From IMG/VR virus record IMGVR_UViG_3300045988_184088, positions 1 to 32,000 of that record: a DNA stretch of 32,000 nucleotides; one strand, 5' to 3'. Every line of letters begins with the position of its first letter. The stretch's first letter is position 1. The notes under the pieces were generated by a model, which did no database searches, had not been told where the DNA came from, and worked only from the letters and a program-made list of their open reading frames with translations. The DNA comes from a virus. A program made the translations under genes and the position numbers. Of the stretch, positions 7,612-16,480 are shown one piece after another.

Positions 7612-7643
7612 GAAAGGGTAAAAAGTGAAAGGATTTTTGCCGT

Positions 7644-8315
7644 ATGTACATTGATTTCACGAGCAAGCAGTACTTCTTCATTCTGCACGCTCTTGCTGTT
7701 ATGATAACGTTTTATAGCAACGATTTTTCCTCTATCTGCAAAGAGGTTGGAGAGGCTTATGGAACAAGCGAAGCAGACATTGCAAGTGCTTGCGCTGCTC
7801 TGACAGCTGTGAACGTAACGGCACCTGTCAAAAGTTTATCTAACAAGTGCAGCGACATTCTGGAAGATATACTGCATCATGCACGAGAACTGCCGGGAAA
7901 GGACGCTCCATATAAATACAGTGTTAGCTTAGATGTCTCTTCCTGGAAAGTAGTTGCTGATGCACTGGATACATACTCACGTATTTTGATGGGGCAATTT
8001 GGCGTCATTTATGAAGCCCTCGATATTTCTGGTAACGATGAGCAGCACTTCCAGGCGTATCATGATGCACGCTGGAATGGGGTGGGGGTCCTCGAAGCCC
8101 GTGACCTTCTGATTCCACAGCTCAAAAAGATAAGGCTTGGTTGGAATGGGAACTTTGGTATTTCAAATTCAGGACTTGCCTACAACAGCAAACTGGCATA
8201 CGAGATTCTTAAAACCATTCGATATGCGACAGAGAAACGAGATAGCTCCGTTCTGAAAGTGACAAACGAGCCGCTGCCGCGTGCTGAAGGTTCTTTCCCA
8301 ATTAGAGCACTGTAA
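7644..8315 (+). CDS. hypothetical protein
   Basis: 223-aa ORF with promoter and RBS-like AAGTGAAAGG upstream. Confidence 0.75.
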   Translation: MYIDFTSKQYFFILHALAVMITFYSNDFSSICKEVGEAYGTSEADIASACAALTAVNVTAPVKSLSNKCSDILEDILHHARELPGKDAPYKYSVSLDVSSWKVVADALDTYSRILMGQFGVIYEALDISGNDEQHFQAYHDARWNGVGVLEARDLLIPQLKKIRLGWNGNFGISNSGLAYNSKLAYEILKTIRYATEKRDSSVLKVTNEPLPRAEGSFPIRAL

Positions 8316-8320
8316 TTAGA

Positions 8321-8548
8321 TTGGAGGCTTCCAGGGTGGGCGACCACATCATTTCTTTCTTAGACATCTGCGCCATGCGCGGTCAGTTGGTTTTGGCAAA
8401 AGCACCGTCCATTCCGGCTATCGATAATAAAACCGTGTATTGTACCGGAGCTCACAAGCGAGGAGCGGACCGCTGCATTGTCCTTGACGGCGAGGAGTAC
8501 AGCCAGATTCTTTTTGTTAACGGAACAATAAAACTGTATTGGCAGTGA
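8321..8548 (+). CDS. hypothetical protein
   Basis: 75-aa ORF directly after previous gene. Confidence 0.5.
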   Translation: MEASRVGDHIISFLDICAMRGQLVLAKAPSIPAIDNKTVYCTGAHKRGADRCIVLDGEEYSQILFVNGTIKLYWQ

Positions 8549-8557
8549 GGTATCATT

Positions 8558-8860
8558 GTCAACAACCCCGCCTAAACCGGCTCGCCGGTTATAGACGGGG
8601 CTTGCGGGGCAACCCGTAAGCCCGGTTGATTAGCCTAAGTCTGCTGCTCCGGCGGCAGGAAACTACGTTGTGTACTAATAATATAGGCACCTTACTCATG
8701 CTCCACAAGTGGTGAGCTCTGCGGATGTTTGTTAAAAATCTCTGAGGGTAGGAGACGTGCAAACATCATACCGAAAGGTAAAACAGTACAACAACATTGG
8801 CGATGTGGACCACGGGGCGCAAGCCCTGACTTATCGATTCATTATTTACGAAAGGAGTAC
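8558..8860 (+). ncRNA. candidate omegaRNA (HEARO-type) of the iscB locus
   Basis: Approx. 300 nt non-coding, GC-rich, hairpin-rich leader directly upstream of iscB, beginning GTCAACAACCCCGCCTAAACCGGCTCGCCGGTTATAGACGGGG and ending GGACCACGGGGCGCAAGCCCTGACTTATCG. Confidence 0.75.
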
Positions 8861-8865
8861 TTTGC

Positions 8866-10263
8866 ATGAGCACTTGCGTTTGTGTTCTTAGCAACAACGG
8901 TGAACGCTTAATGCCCACCATCCGTCTTGGCAAGGTGCGCCATCTTTTGAAAGACGGAAAAGCAAAAATCATTAAGCATCATCCCTTTACTATCCAACTG
9001 CTGTATGACAGCAAAACAAACACACAACCCATCGAAATCTGCGAAGATGTGGGCTACAACTACATTGGCATCAGCGTAAAAAGCGAATCTCACGAATATG
9101 TGTCTGCCCAGTATGATACATTGCAAGATGAGAAGGAACATCACGATGATTGCCGCAAGTATCGCCGTACACGCAGAAACAGACTGCGTTACCGTAAACC
9201 GCGCTTCGATAACCGCAAACGTGATGATGGTTGGCTTGCGCCCTCTCTTGAACACAAGAAAGAACTCAACGTCAATGTCATCAAGATGTATTGCGAAGTA
9301 ATGCCTATTACGCATGCAATTGTTGAGGTTGGTTCTTTCGATACGATGCTTGTAAAAGCAATCGAGGAAGGCAAAGCCACACCAGAAAGCGCAGATTATC
9401 AAAAAGGTCCCCGCTACAAGTTGGCAACTTTGCGGGAGGCGGTATTCTATCGGGATAACTACACTTGCCAGGTTTGTGGGCGCAAAGCTAATGAAGGTGC
9501 AATTTTGCACGTGCATCACATGTTTTATTGGAAAGGTCGCCATGGCAATAGTCTCAGCGAGCTTATAACAGTATGCGAGAAGTGCCATACACCAGCTAAC
9601 CATCAAAAAGGCGGCAAGCTCTACGGATTTGGTGAAAATATAAAGTTCGCCAATCTTTCTGGTGCGGCGTTCATGAACACCGTGCGCTGGCAAATCGTTA
9701 ATGTACTTAACGCTGCTTTTGGAAAGCCGTTCGTCACATTCACTTATGGTGCGATGACCAAAGAAAAGCGGATTGCTCTTCATCTTGAAAAGAGTCATAA
9801 CAACGATGCGTATGCAATGGGCAGCTTTCATCCAGTTAACCGCTGCGCGTTTGAACATTATGAAAAGGTGAAACGCAATAACCGCATTCTCGAAAAGTTT
9901 TATGACTCGCAGTACATTGACATTCGTACAGGAGAAATAGCTACCGGAAAAGAACTCTTCAACGGTAGAATCAGCCGCAGCCATAAAAAGGATTCCGAAA
10001 ACCTGCACAAGTACCGTGGAAAGAGGATTTGTAAAGGGCACCGCGCTCTACGCCGAAAAAAGGTGGCCCTCAATCCCGGAGATTTAGTTTCTCTCAACGG
10101 AGAAATTCTTGTTGTCCATGGCACTCATACCAAAAAGAATGGTTCTGTAAACGTGGAATTCAAAACTCCATCGAGAGGTGGTAAAAAATCCGCAAGCCTT
10201 AAAAAGCTGAAAATTGTTAAAACGTCAAGCCTCATGCATTCTGCGTGGACTAAAGTAGCTTAA
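8866..10263 (+). CDS. iscB: IscB-like RNA-guided nuclease with RRXRR bridge helix, HNH and RuvC segments; RuvC-I Asp apparently replaced by Ser
   Basis: MSTCVCVLSNNGERLMPTIRLGKVRHLLKDGKAKIIKHHPFTIQLLYD (PLMP domain); CRKYRRTRRNRLRYRKPRFDNRKRDDGWLAPSL; VEVGSFD; HVHHMFYWKGRHGNSLSELITVCEKCH (HNH); LEKSHNNDAYAMG (RuvC-III); YIGISVKS at RuvC-I. Confidence 0.88.
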   Translation: MSTCVCVLSNNGERLMPTIRLGKVRHLLKDGKAKIIKHHPFTIQLLYDSKTNTQPIEICEDVGYNYIGISVKSESHEYVSAQYDTLQDEKEHHDDCRKYRRTRRNRLRYRKPRFDNRKRDDGWLAPSLEHKKELNVNVIKMYCEVMPITHAIVEVGSFDTMLVKAIEEGKATPESADYQKGPRYKLATLREAVFYRDNYTCQVCGRKANEGAILHVHHMFYWKGRHGNSLSELITVCEKCHTPANHQKGGKLYGFGENIKFANLSGAAFMNTVRWQIVNVLNAAFGKPFVTFTYGAMTKEKRIALHLEKSHNNDAYAMGSFHPVNRCAFEHYEKVKRNNRILEKFYDSQYIDIRTGEIATGKELFNGRISRSHKKDSENLHKYRGKRICKGHRALRRKKVALNPGDLVSLNGEILVVHGTHTKKNGSVNVEFKTPSRGGKKSASLKKLKIVKTSSLMHSAWTKVA

Positions 10264-10320
10264 AAAACTAAAGAAAGGAGACACGGGGTATTTGGACTTA
10301 CTAAGTGTGCCTCAAATGTA

Positions 10321-10398
10321 CTCTTAGTCAACGCATTCCTCACCGCCTAAGTCGTAAGCGACTATAGACGGTGTACCCTGCGCACAAATTTTATGGAA
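10321..10398 (+). repeat. approx. 78-nt repeat unit, copy B, containing CCTAA/TATAGACGG hairpin
   Basis: Near-identical to 16474-16550; core CACCGCCTAAGTCGTAAGCGACTATAGACGGTG. Confidence 0.8.
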
Positions 10399-10613
10399 TT
10401 CGAAAAGCCAATCAAGCGCCCTATATCGTTAAAGGCTTTCGCCTCTGGGATAAGGTGCTCTATAACGGGCAGGAATGTTTTATTTCGGGACGCAGGACAT
10501 CGGGATATTTCGCTTTAAGAAAATTCGATGGTACAACCATTACGAATAGCATTTCATTTAAAAAACTGCGACTATTAGAGCCTGCAACAAACTATTTAAT
10601 CGAAAGGAAGTGA
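10371..10613 (+). pseudogene. C-terminal fragment of a second IscB
   Basis: RKANQAPYIVKGFRLWDKVLYNGQECFISGRRTSGYFALRKFDGTTITNSISFKKLRLLEPATNYLIERK resembles IscB C-termini; no catalytic domains. Confidence 0.7.
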
Positions 10614-10619
10614 ATGGGC

Positions 10620-10652
10620 AAATCCTCCCACGACTGAAGTCGCGGGTATCCT
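10620..10652 (+). mobile_element. putative right-end hairpin of an IscB/IS605-type element
   Basis: CTCCCACGACT-GA-AGTCGCGGG just after the IscB fragment. Confidence 0.5.
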
Positions 10653-10738
10653 TGCCATGATTGATGATGCCCCTGAAAAACACAAATCTAAGGGCTGGAC
10701 CAACGCGATGCCAAAAACAAACGAAGTTAAAAAGCCAC

Positions 10739-10766
10739 TTGCACAAATGTGCGAACCGCCTAAAAT
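10739..10766 (+). promoter_or_regulatory. TGCGA-spacer promoter module
   Basis: TTGCAC-AAATGTGCGAACCGCC-TAAAAT, then GCATAACAGATACC and hairpin AGCAG...CTGCTTCTTTTTT. Confidence 0.7.
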
Positions 10767-10919
10767 AATAATTGCATAACAGATACCATCACTTACCTCC
10801 TAATTGAACATTAAATTAACAATCTGTCATGCACAAGTAAGCAGACTCTCTTTTGAGGGCCTGCTTCTTTTTTGTATGTATTGATTAGAAACAAAAATAT
10901 TTCAGAAAGGATGAATACT

Positions 10920-11162
10920 ATGACCACAAATACCAAGAACAGCTTTACCAGGTTCGCGGCTGCCGCAAAAGATTGCTTCTATGTGAATTCTTTTCGCGCA
11001 GACTTAGTTCAGTGCGACAGGGCCTTGAAAATGGACGGCGAGATGCACGTCGAAGCGGAATGCTGGATGAACATTTTGGATGCCCTGGACGATAACGACA
11101 TCAAGATGTATGTCGATAACGAATACCGTCCCGGACTTTTGAACCCGTTCCATAAATGGTAA
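10920..11162 (+). CDS. hypothetical protein
   Basis: MTTNTKNSFTRFAAAAKDCFYVNSF...; RBS AGAAAGG 9 nt upstream. Confidence 0.7.
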   Translation: MTTNTKNSFTRFAAAAKDCFYVNSFRADLVQCDRALKMDGEMHVEAECWMNILDALDDNDIKMYVDNEYRPGLLNPFHKW

Positions 11163-11499
11163 CGTTCCCAAAAAAACAAATGAATCACAACCCATTACTC
11201 ATGCGGTAGGGCAGCATTGCTGTTCTGCCGCTATTTTTGTTTTTGATGTCGGTTACGTTATCGGGAAAAGCTTTGAGCAGCAAATGCGTTCTGCTAATGC
11301 AACCTGTGCCGAAAGCTTTTCCCATTGTGGCAGCAGTCACAGCGTTCGCCCTTATGTGCGCCGCGCTCACTGGCATCATTACTGGGTCGGGGAAGGCCGC
11401 ACAAGACTCGGAGTCCGTTGGATTGAACCGGCCTTGGTTCTTACCAACAGCAAAAACGAAGCCGATGCGGCTATTGTAAGAAACGTGAAAGGAGCATGA
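11143..11499 (+). pseudogene. AcrVA2-like C-terminal domain fragment (no N-terminal part)
   Basis: Open frame FDVGYVIGKSFEQQM...VRPYVRRAHWHHYWVGEGRTRLGVRWIEPALVLTNS resembles the AcrVA2 C-terminus; first ATG at 11284. Confidence 0.5.
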
Positions 11500-11501
11500 C
11501 A

Positions 11502-11984
11502 ATGCTTAATCCAAATATCAATAATGCTCTCGAAACCAATTCAAGCAAAGCGGTGCTTCTCAGCATCAAAAAGCAATGGCTTGAAAAGATTCTGAGCGGA
11601 GAAAAGACCATTGAGGTCCGAAAAACCATGCCGTGGGAAATCAGCTATCCTTTTGTGGTGTTTTGCTACGAGACAAAAGCTGATGGTGGTGCCGGAAAAG
11701 TAACTGCTGCATTTGTTTGCCGAGACATCGATACGCTCGACTGTCTGCGTGAACTCCCGGCATATGCTATTGGCACAAAAGTAACCGAAAAGACCGCTCG
11801 ATTCGTCAAGGATAGCTGCCTTACCGCAAACGAGCTGATTGCATACGGCAATAAGTCTGGCACTCTATATGGTTGGAACGTCTCTGACATCCAATCTATG
11901 GATATGTCACTGCGAGAGCTTGGCGTTAAGCGAGCACCACAGTCCTGGATGTATCTGCAAGTTCCCAACGACAAGACGTTCTGA
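11502..11984 (+). CDS. ASCH-domain-like protein
   Basis: AVLLSIKKQWLEKILSGEKTIEVRKTMP...; start at 11502 chosen from RBS spacing. Confidence 0.7.
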   Translation: MLNPNINNALETNSSKAVLLSIKKQWLEKILSGEKTIEVRKTMPWEISYPFVVFCYETKADGGAGKVTAAFVCRDIDTLDCLRELPAYAIGTKVTEKTARFVKDSCLTANELIAYGNKSGTLYGWNVSDIQSMDMSLRELGVKRAPQSWMYLQVPNDKTF

Positions 11985-12000
11985 ACGATGCCTGTTGGGG

Positions 12001-12028
12001 CTGGCTGCATGTGCGGACCAAGCAAAAC
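12001..12028 (+). promoter_or_regulatory. degenerate TGCGA-spacer module with CACGATAGAATAAATCGTG leader hairpin
   Basis: TGCGG-ACCAAG-CAAAAC-ATCTAC-TGCACGATAG aligns with the other copies. Confidence 0.45.
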
Positions 12029-12117
12029 ATCTACTGCACGATAGAATAAATCGTGCAAACAAAGCAGACTCTCAATTCTTGAGGGCCTGCTATTTTTTAT
12101 TTCAGGAGGAAATAACC

Positions 12118-12657
12118 GTGATTCTTTATCATATCATGGCAGACACCGGATGCCTGCCGGACGATGTCATTCCACAGATACCTACGAATCGGATGAAAGG
12201 GGAGGACCAGGAAATCCCAAGAATTTGTCTTGGGCATACCCTTGACGACTGCCTGACCAGCATCGGCATTGCGCATTTTGTCTCAAAATTCCTGCTCGCT
12301 GAGCTGCGTCAGAGCAAAAAATACTCCAAGGACATGCCGTTACCGTTCATTGTCCGAATGTACAACATCAAGGACGAAGACCCGAATCTCTTGACCGAGG
12401 AAGAAACACAGAAATATGTGGCGGATTCTGTCGTGACCAGTGAATGCTGGCTCACAAGATACGAGAAACCCGTCAAAATCCAGAAACTTTGGCTTGTGGG
12501 CGGCGAAGTTGTTCTTTGGCCCTATATCGTTGACGGCGTCGTGTACGATTACCCAATCGTCCGTAACTCAATTTGGGCAGACAGCAAAACCTTGCCGGAC
12601 CCGGAATTTCAGAATCAAATCATGGATATCACTCAGAAATGGCTTAACGAAGCCTGA
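12118..12657 (+). CDS. hypothetical protein
   Basis: GTG start after CAGGAGG RBS; VILYHIMADTGCLPDDVIPQIP.... Confidence 0.75.
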   Translation: MILYHIMADTGCLPDDVIPQIPTNRMKGEDQEIPRICLGHTLDDCLTSIGIAHFVSKFLLAELRQSKKYSKDMPLPFIVRMYNIKDEDPNLLTEEETQKYVADSVVTSECWLTRYEKPVKIQKLWLVGGEVVLWPYIVDGVVYDYPIVRNSIWADSKTLPDPEFQNQIMDITQKWLNEA

Positions 12658-12679
12658 AAAAGAAGCACATCAAAAGCTC

Positions 12680-12707
12680 TTGCACATCCTTGCGAATTCC
12701 ATAGTAT
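12680..12707 (+). promoter_or_regulatory. TGCGA-spacer promoter module
   Basis: TTGCAC-ATCCTTGCGAATTCCA-TAGTAT, then TTGTACGACAGATAAC leader and AAGGCAGACTC...GCCTGCCTTTTTTT hairpin. Confidence 0.7.
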
Positions 12708-12909
12708 TAAAGTTGTACGACAGATAACATCTACTTTGCACACCGCGTGCTCGTACAATTCATAATTCTGTTCTCATTCAAGGCAGACTCATCTTCATGA
12801 TGGGCCTGCCTTTTTTTGTTTACAGAAAAAGGAGGAATTCAAAACAAACCACAAATCTCAAATCACAATCTTCCGCTACAAGGAAAAGACACAAAAAAGG
12901 AGTCACAAA

Positions 12910-13737
12910 ATGAAAGTCGAAAAGAATAATAACAGCATTTTTCGGAACAAGCATGTCCTGGTTGTCGTCGCGGTGATGTGTATTTTTACCATCATCGCCT
13001 GCATGGGTTTTATGCTTTCTGTTCCTGCACACGCAGAGGAAAACATAGCTCCCAAAACCGAACCTATCGCTTTTTCCACTCCCATTGAAACGGTGAATGA
13101 GCTCGATAAAGCGTTCCCGATAGCGGAAACTTCCGAAGAAGCACAGGAGGAAATTACAACTGCTGAGGTCGAATCTTCCGATGCTGCAGAACCGGAACCA
13201 CGGATTGAGACCGCAGAAGCAGCCATCGAAGAAGCTGAACCGAAACCCGAAACAATTCCAGATAATCTCAACGACAATGAGCTTGAAATCTACACAGCTC
13301 TGCGGTCCGCTGGCCTTTCAAAGGCCGGTACTGCCGCAGTGATGGGCTGCATGTCGATGGAAAGCGGTCTTAAAGCCTCGGCCGAAAACCCTTCGGATGG
13401 CGGCTATGGACTCCTGCAATGGACTTATAGCCGAAAGACAGACCTTTTCAACTGGTGTTATGGCAATGGCTATGACCCCAACACCGTTACGGGACAGGTG
13501 ATGTTCTTCGTGTATGAGCTCAATAGCACATACAGCAAGGCCGCCAAATACTCATATCCGGTGTACGAAACTCTCACTACAAGCGACAGCCTGGAAGATT
13601 GCCTTTCGATGTTCTTCTCCCATATGGAAGCAGGAACCAACGTGATAATCTCTTCCCGCAAAGTCTATGCAGGAGGGCTGACCACGTTAGACCTGTACCG
13701 CAAACGCTTAACTGCCGCTTACAAATACTTCATTTGA
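12910..13737 (+). CDS. membrane-anchored protein with phage tail lysozyme-like domain
   Basis: N-terminal TM segment HVLVVVAVMCIFTIIACMGFML; GLSKAGTAAVMGCMSMESGLKASAENPSDGGYGLLQWTYSRKTDLFNW. Confidence 0.8.
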   Translation: MKVEKNNNSIFRNKHVLVVVAVMCIFTIIACMGFMLSVPAHAEENIAPKTEPIAFSTPIETVNELDKAFPIAETSEEAQEEITTAEVESSDAAEPEPRIETAEAAIEEAEPKPETIPDNLNDNELEIYTALRSAGLSKAGTAAVMGCMSMESGLKASAENPSDGGYGLLQWTYSRKTDLFNWCYGNGYDPNTVTGQVMFFVYELNSTYSKAAKYSYPVYETLTTSDSLEDCLSMFFSHMEAGTNVIISSRKVYAGGLTTLDLYRKRLTAAYKYFI

Positions 13738-13774
13738 ATTAGGAGGAAATCACAATGAAAACAACCGTTTATCT

Positions 13775-14209
13775 GTGCGGCTTACCAAAAGCCAGATTTA
13801 CAACACCTCTTCTGGTTTCGATACTCAAACGCTCGATGCTATGAAGAAGCTGCATGACAAAATCCTCACATTTGGCGGGGATGAAGTCTGCATGACGATG
13901 TTCGATGAAGATGCACCAAAAATCCTTGAACGCGGCCGATTCTTTTATGGCAGCAGCTATATGAGGAAAGGCCAGGATTGCCAGTGCCATTACAATTCTG
14001 CACGGCTTTGGTATAAAAACAAAGACCGGTGCTTTATTGCAACGGGCTATGCTCTTTCCGAAGACGGGCTCTGGCGCTGTCATTCCTGGGTCGTTCAGCC
14101 AATGGCACGCACCGTTCGCGTGTGGGAAACCACCGTCAAGCGTGTTGCCTATTTCGGCATGGTTTTGACCAGCGAGGAATGCGAAGACTTTGTCGAGAAC
14201 AACACATAA
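13775..14209 (+). CDS. hypothetical protein; start uncertain
   Basis: Long frame opens at GTG 13775, but the good RBS serves ATG 13755 in another frame. Confidence 0.65.
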   Translation: MRLTKSQIYNTSSGFDTQTLDAMKKLHDKILTFGGDEVCMTMFDEDAPKILERGRFFYGSSYMRKGQDCQCHYNSARLWYKNKDRCFIATGYALSEDGLWRCHSWVVQPMARTVRVWETTVKRVAYFGMVLTSEECEDFVENNT

Positions 14210-14230
14210 CAATTGGGGAGGTTACCCAAC

Positions 14231-15232
14231 ATGGGTGAACAACTACATTTCAGTATGGATGGTGAGTTCCTCACCGCCATTGCACGTGACTGGTTCTGGA
14301 ATATGGACAAACCGTATAAAAAGTGTGAGGAGCTGCTGCTCTCCTGCATGATGGGTGGCAACGAGGAAGAAAAAAGGCATGTTTGCCAGGACATTATCGA
14401 AGGCCGGAAAAAACTTGTTGGTGTCAATGAGTTTGAACTTGTCGATGACAATGTTCATGTTCGTTCCCTCGGGCAGAAGGTTGAGGAGCTTCAACACAAG
14501 ATGCTGGTCAATCAAATTCGTGAGGATATGATTGCACATCCGCTCAATTATGTTGACCGCTTTGCTATGACTGATAGCTATGAAACGCTCTGCACCAATG
14601 CAGAACATCATTATATCGATTGCAGCTATGACGGTATCAAGTGCTTCCTCTATGGGAAAACGGGTTATTCTGATGCATTCAACAACGGTGCATGGCTTTT
14701 TACCCACCCAGACCTTGTTGCAGAATTCAATGGCGAACCGCTTCCTGAGCAGGAATCCAACCCGGAATTCTACAAAACCGATTTTTGGACCAAGCTTGCC
14801 TCTTGGATTGAAGCAAACATGAAAGGCACATCCGTTGAACGCCGTCAGCGACTGTACAACAGCTATATCAGTGATAGACCCATTCAGCATCAGCTGACCG
14901 AATATGGTCTGATTGCTCCCGATGGCACCTGGTATGCCTGCGAGTTTGGCGAGCACGCTGCCCTGGCTGGCCGCATCATCATGCGCAATCGAGAAGCGTT
15001 TGGTCTTTCTGACCATGAAGTTCTCAATATGGCGTATGACTGGAGCGGCAAGGGTCTCGATTTCCTATATAAACGCAGTTGGATTGCCATTCGTAATCCT
15101 TCGATGGGCAATACATTCCTCGATATGGATGAGACCAAAACCGCAACAAAAGCTCAAGTAAATACCATTTTTGACTATATTTCTAAATTCAACCGCTATG
15201 ACATGAATATTTCTAAAGTTATGGTTGACTAA
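14231..15232 (+). CDS. hypothetical protein
   Basis: MGEQLHFSMDGEFLTAIARDWFWNMD...; RBS GGGGAGG upstream. Confidence 0.85.
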   Translation: MGEQLHFSMDGEFLTAIARDWFWNMDKPYKKCEELLLSCMMGGNEEEKRHVCQDIIEGRKKLVGVNEFELVDDNVHVRSLGQKVEELQHKMLVNQIREDMIAHPLNYVDRFAMTDSYETLCTNAEHHYIDCSYDGIKCFLYGKTGYSDAFNNGAWLFTHPDLVAEFNGEPLPEQESNPEFYKTDFWTKLASWIEANMKGTSVERRQRLYNSYISDRPIQHQLTEYGLIAPDGTWYACEFGEHAALAGRIIMRNREAFGLSDHEVLNMAYDWSGKGLDFLYKRSWIAIRNPSMGNTFLDMDETKTATKAQVNTIFDYISKFNRYDMNISKVMVD

Positions 15233-15247
15233 AAAGGAGATTTTATT

Positions 15248-15823
15248 ATGACTTCCAATATAACTATGACCGCTATTTCCATCTGTGATTTCCTGAAACT
15301 CATCGTGAAAAGCACGGTGAAGCATTACACCGAGGATTTCAAGCTGGACATAAAGATTTTCAAGCGCTATGCAAAAGAAGCGCAGGAAACTGGAAAGCCC
15401 GTATCGATGCTCTGGTTCTGCCGCTCTTGTGGAACGTATCTCTGCCCTGAGGAAGATGCGTACAAGAAAGATACTCCCATGTTCATCACGTTCAAATACT
15501 ATGATGAGCAGGAAGAGGAAGAAGCCCGGACCATTAAGGCTTTTCTGGTCACTGTGACAGGGATGGAAGGACAAAAGCCAGTTGGCTATATCACTCCCAT
15601 CAACTATGCGGATGAATGTGACCGCATTCGCCGTTACGCAGTACCTGCCGAAAAGGTCGAGCTTGTCTATGATAAAGGTTCCCTTGTCCAGAACAATGGC
15701 AACTATACGATTCTGAAGCATCCCAAGCTTGGTACACTTCAGAAAACGAAATTCTTGGCCGATGACCCTGACGCGCTTGATTATGCGCTGCATATGGCTC
15801 GCAATGAGAGAAAGGCAGGGTGA
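15248..15823 (+). CDS. hypothetical protein
   Basis: ORF with AAAAGGAG RBS. Confidence 0.85.
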   Translation: MTSNITMTAISICDFLKLIVKSTVKHYTEDFKLDIKIFKRYAKEAQETGKPVSMLWFCRSCGTYLCPEEDAYKKDTPMFITFKYYDEQEEEEARTIKAFLVTVTGMEGQKPVGYITPINYADECDRIRRYAVPAEKVELVYDKGSLVQNNGNYTILKHPKLGTLQKTKFLADDPDALDYALHMARNERKAG

Positions 15824-15828
15824 CAGCC

Positions 15829-16104
15829 ATGAAAACGATGGTTACATTGACTCACGAAGAAGCCCAAAGCTATTTGGCGTACGCTCTGATTTGCGAAACG
15901 ATGGAAGGAGCCTTTTGGAATTCCGGACGCCGTCGCAGACTATACAGCAAGACGTTTACCGAAGCCGAACAGAGGCAGATTCCCCGCATCAAAGCCATTG
16001 CTCACAAATGGTGTTTGGTTACTGGTGTTCCTGAAAAGGTACGCATGAGATACAGCACCTATTTGCTGTGGCAGAAACTCGCGATGTTCTGCGCTGAAAT
16101 TTAA
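15829..16104 (+). CDS. hypothetical protein
   Basis: MKTMVTLTHEEAQSYLAYALICETMEG.... Confidence 0.8.
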   Translation: MKTMVTLTHEEAQSYLAYALICETMEGAFWNSGRRRRLYSKTFTEAEQRQIPRIKAIAHKWCLVTGVPEKVRMRYSTYLLWQKLAMFCAEI

Positions 16105-16143
16105 TTTTTCATTACCGCTGCCCATTTGGGTGGCGGTTTTTTG

Positions 16144-16171
16144 TTGCGGATTTATGCGAACGGCCTATAAT
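16144..16171 (+). promoter_or_regulatory. TGCGA-spacer promoter module
   Basis: TTGCGG-ATTTATGCGAACGGCC-TATAAT, then ATGTACGATAGATAAC and AGGCGAACTTCCCATTTGGGCGGTTCGCCTTTTT. Confidence 0.75.
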
Positions 16172-16306
16172 CAAAAATGTACGATAGATAACAGATATCG
16201 AAAAGGCATCCTGCCCTTCGCACACTTAACAATGCGCTTTAGGCGAACTTCCCATTTGGGCGGTTCGCCTTTTTGCGTATAATATAAAAGAAAGGACGTA
16301 ATCCAA

Positions 16307-16480
16307 ATGAATGAGTACGAAGCAACAATACAAATCAACCCAACCGACGATATCAAGTTCATACTTGAGGAGTCCGGCTGCTATGAGTCTGAAATTGAAA
16401 TGATGAAGGCCGGTGGCACCTATAATGCGTTTGTCAAGCGTGTCTATGATGCCATCGACTGGTCTCATCTATACTCTTAG
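16307..16480 (+). CDS. small hypothetical protein (57 aa), TAG stop inside a repeat unit
   Basis: MNEYEATIQINPTDDIKFILEESGCYESEIEMMKAGGTYNAFVKRVYDAIDWSHLYS*; RBS GAAAGGA. Confidence 0.7.
   Translation: MNEYEATIQINPTDDIKFILEESGCYESEIEMMKAGGTYNAFVKRVYDAIDWSHLYS

Noticed and set aside
8908-10041. Long minus-strand ORF (377 aa)
   Set aside because: Antisense shadow of iscB.
11237-11479. Plus-strand ORF MFLMSVTLSGKALSSKC...
   Set aside because: Overlaps the frame with AcrVA2-like residues; low-complexity codon pattern suggests it is the wrong frame.
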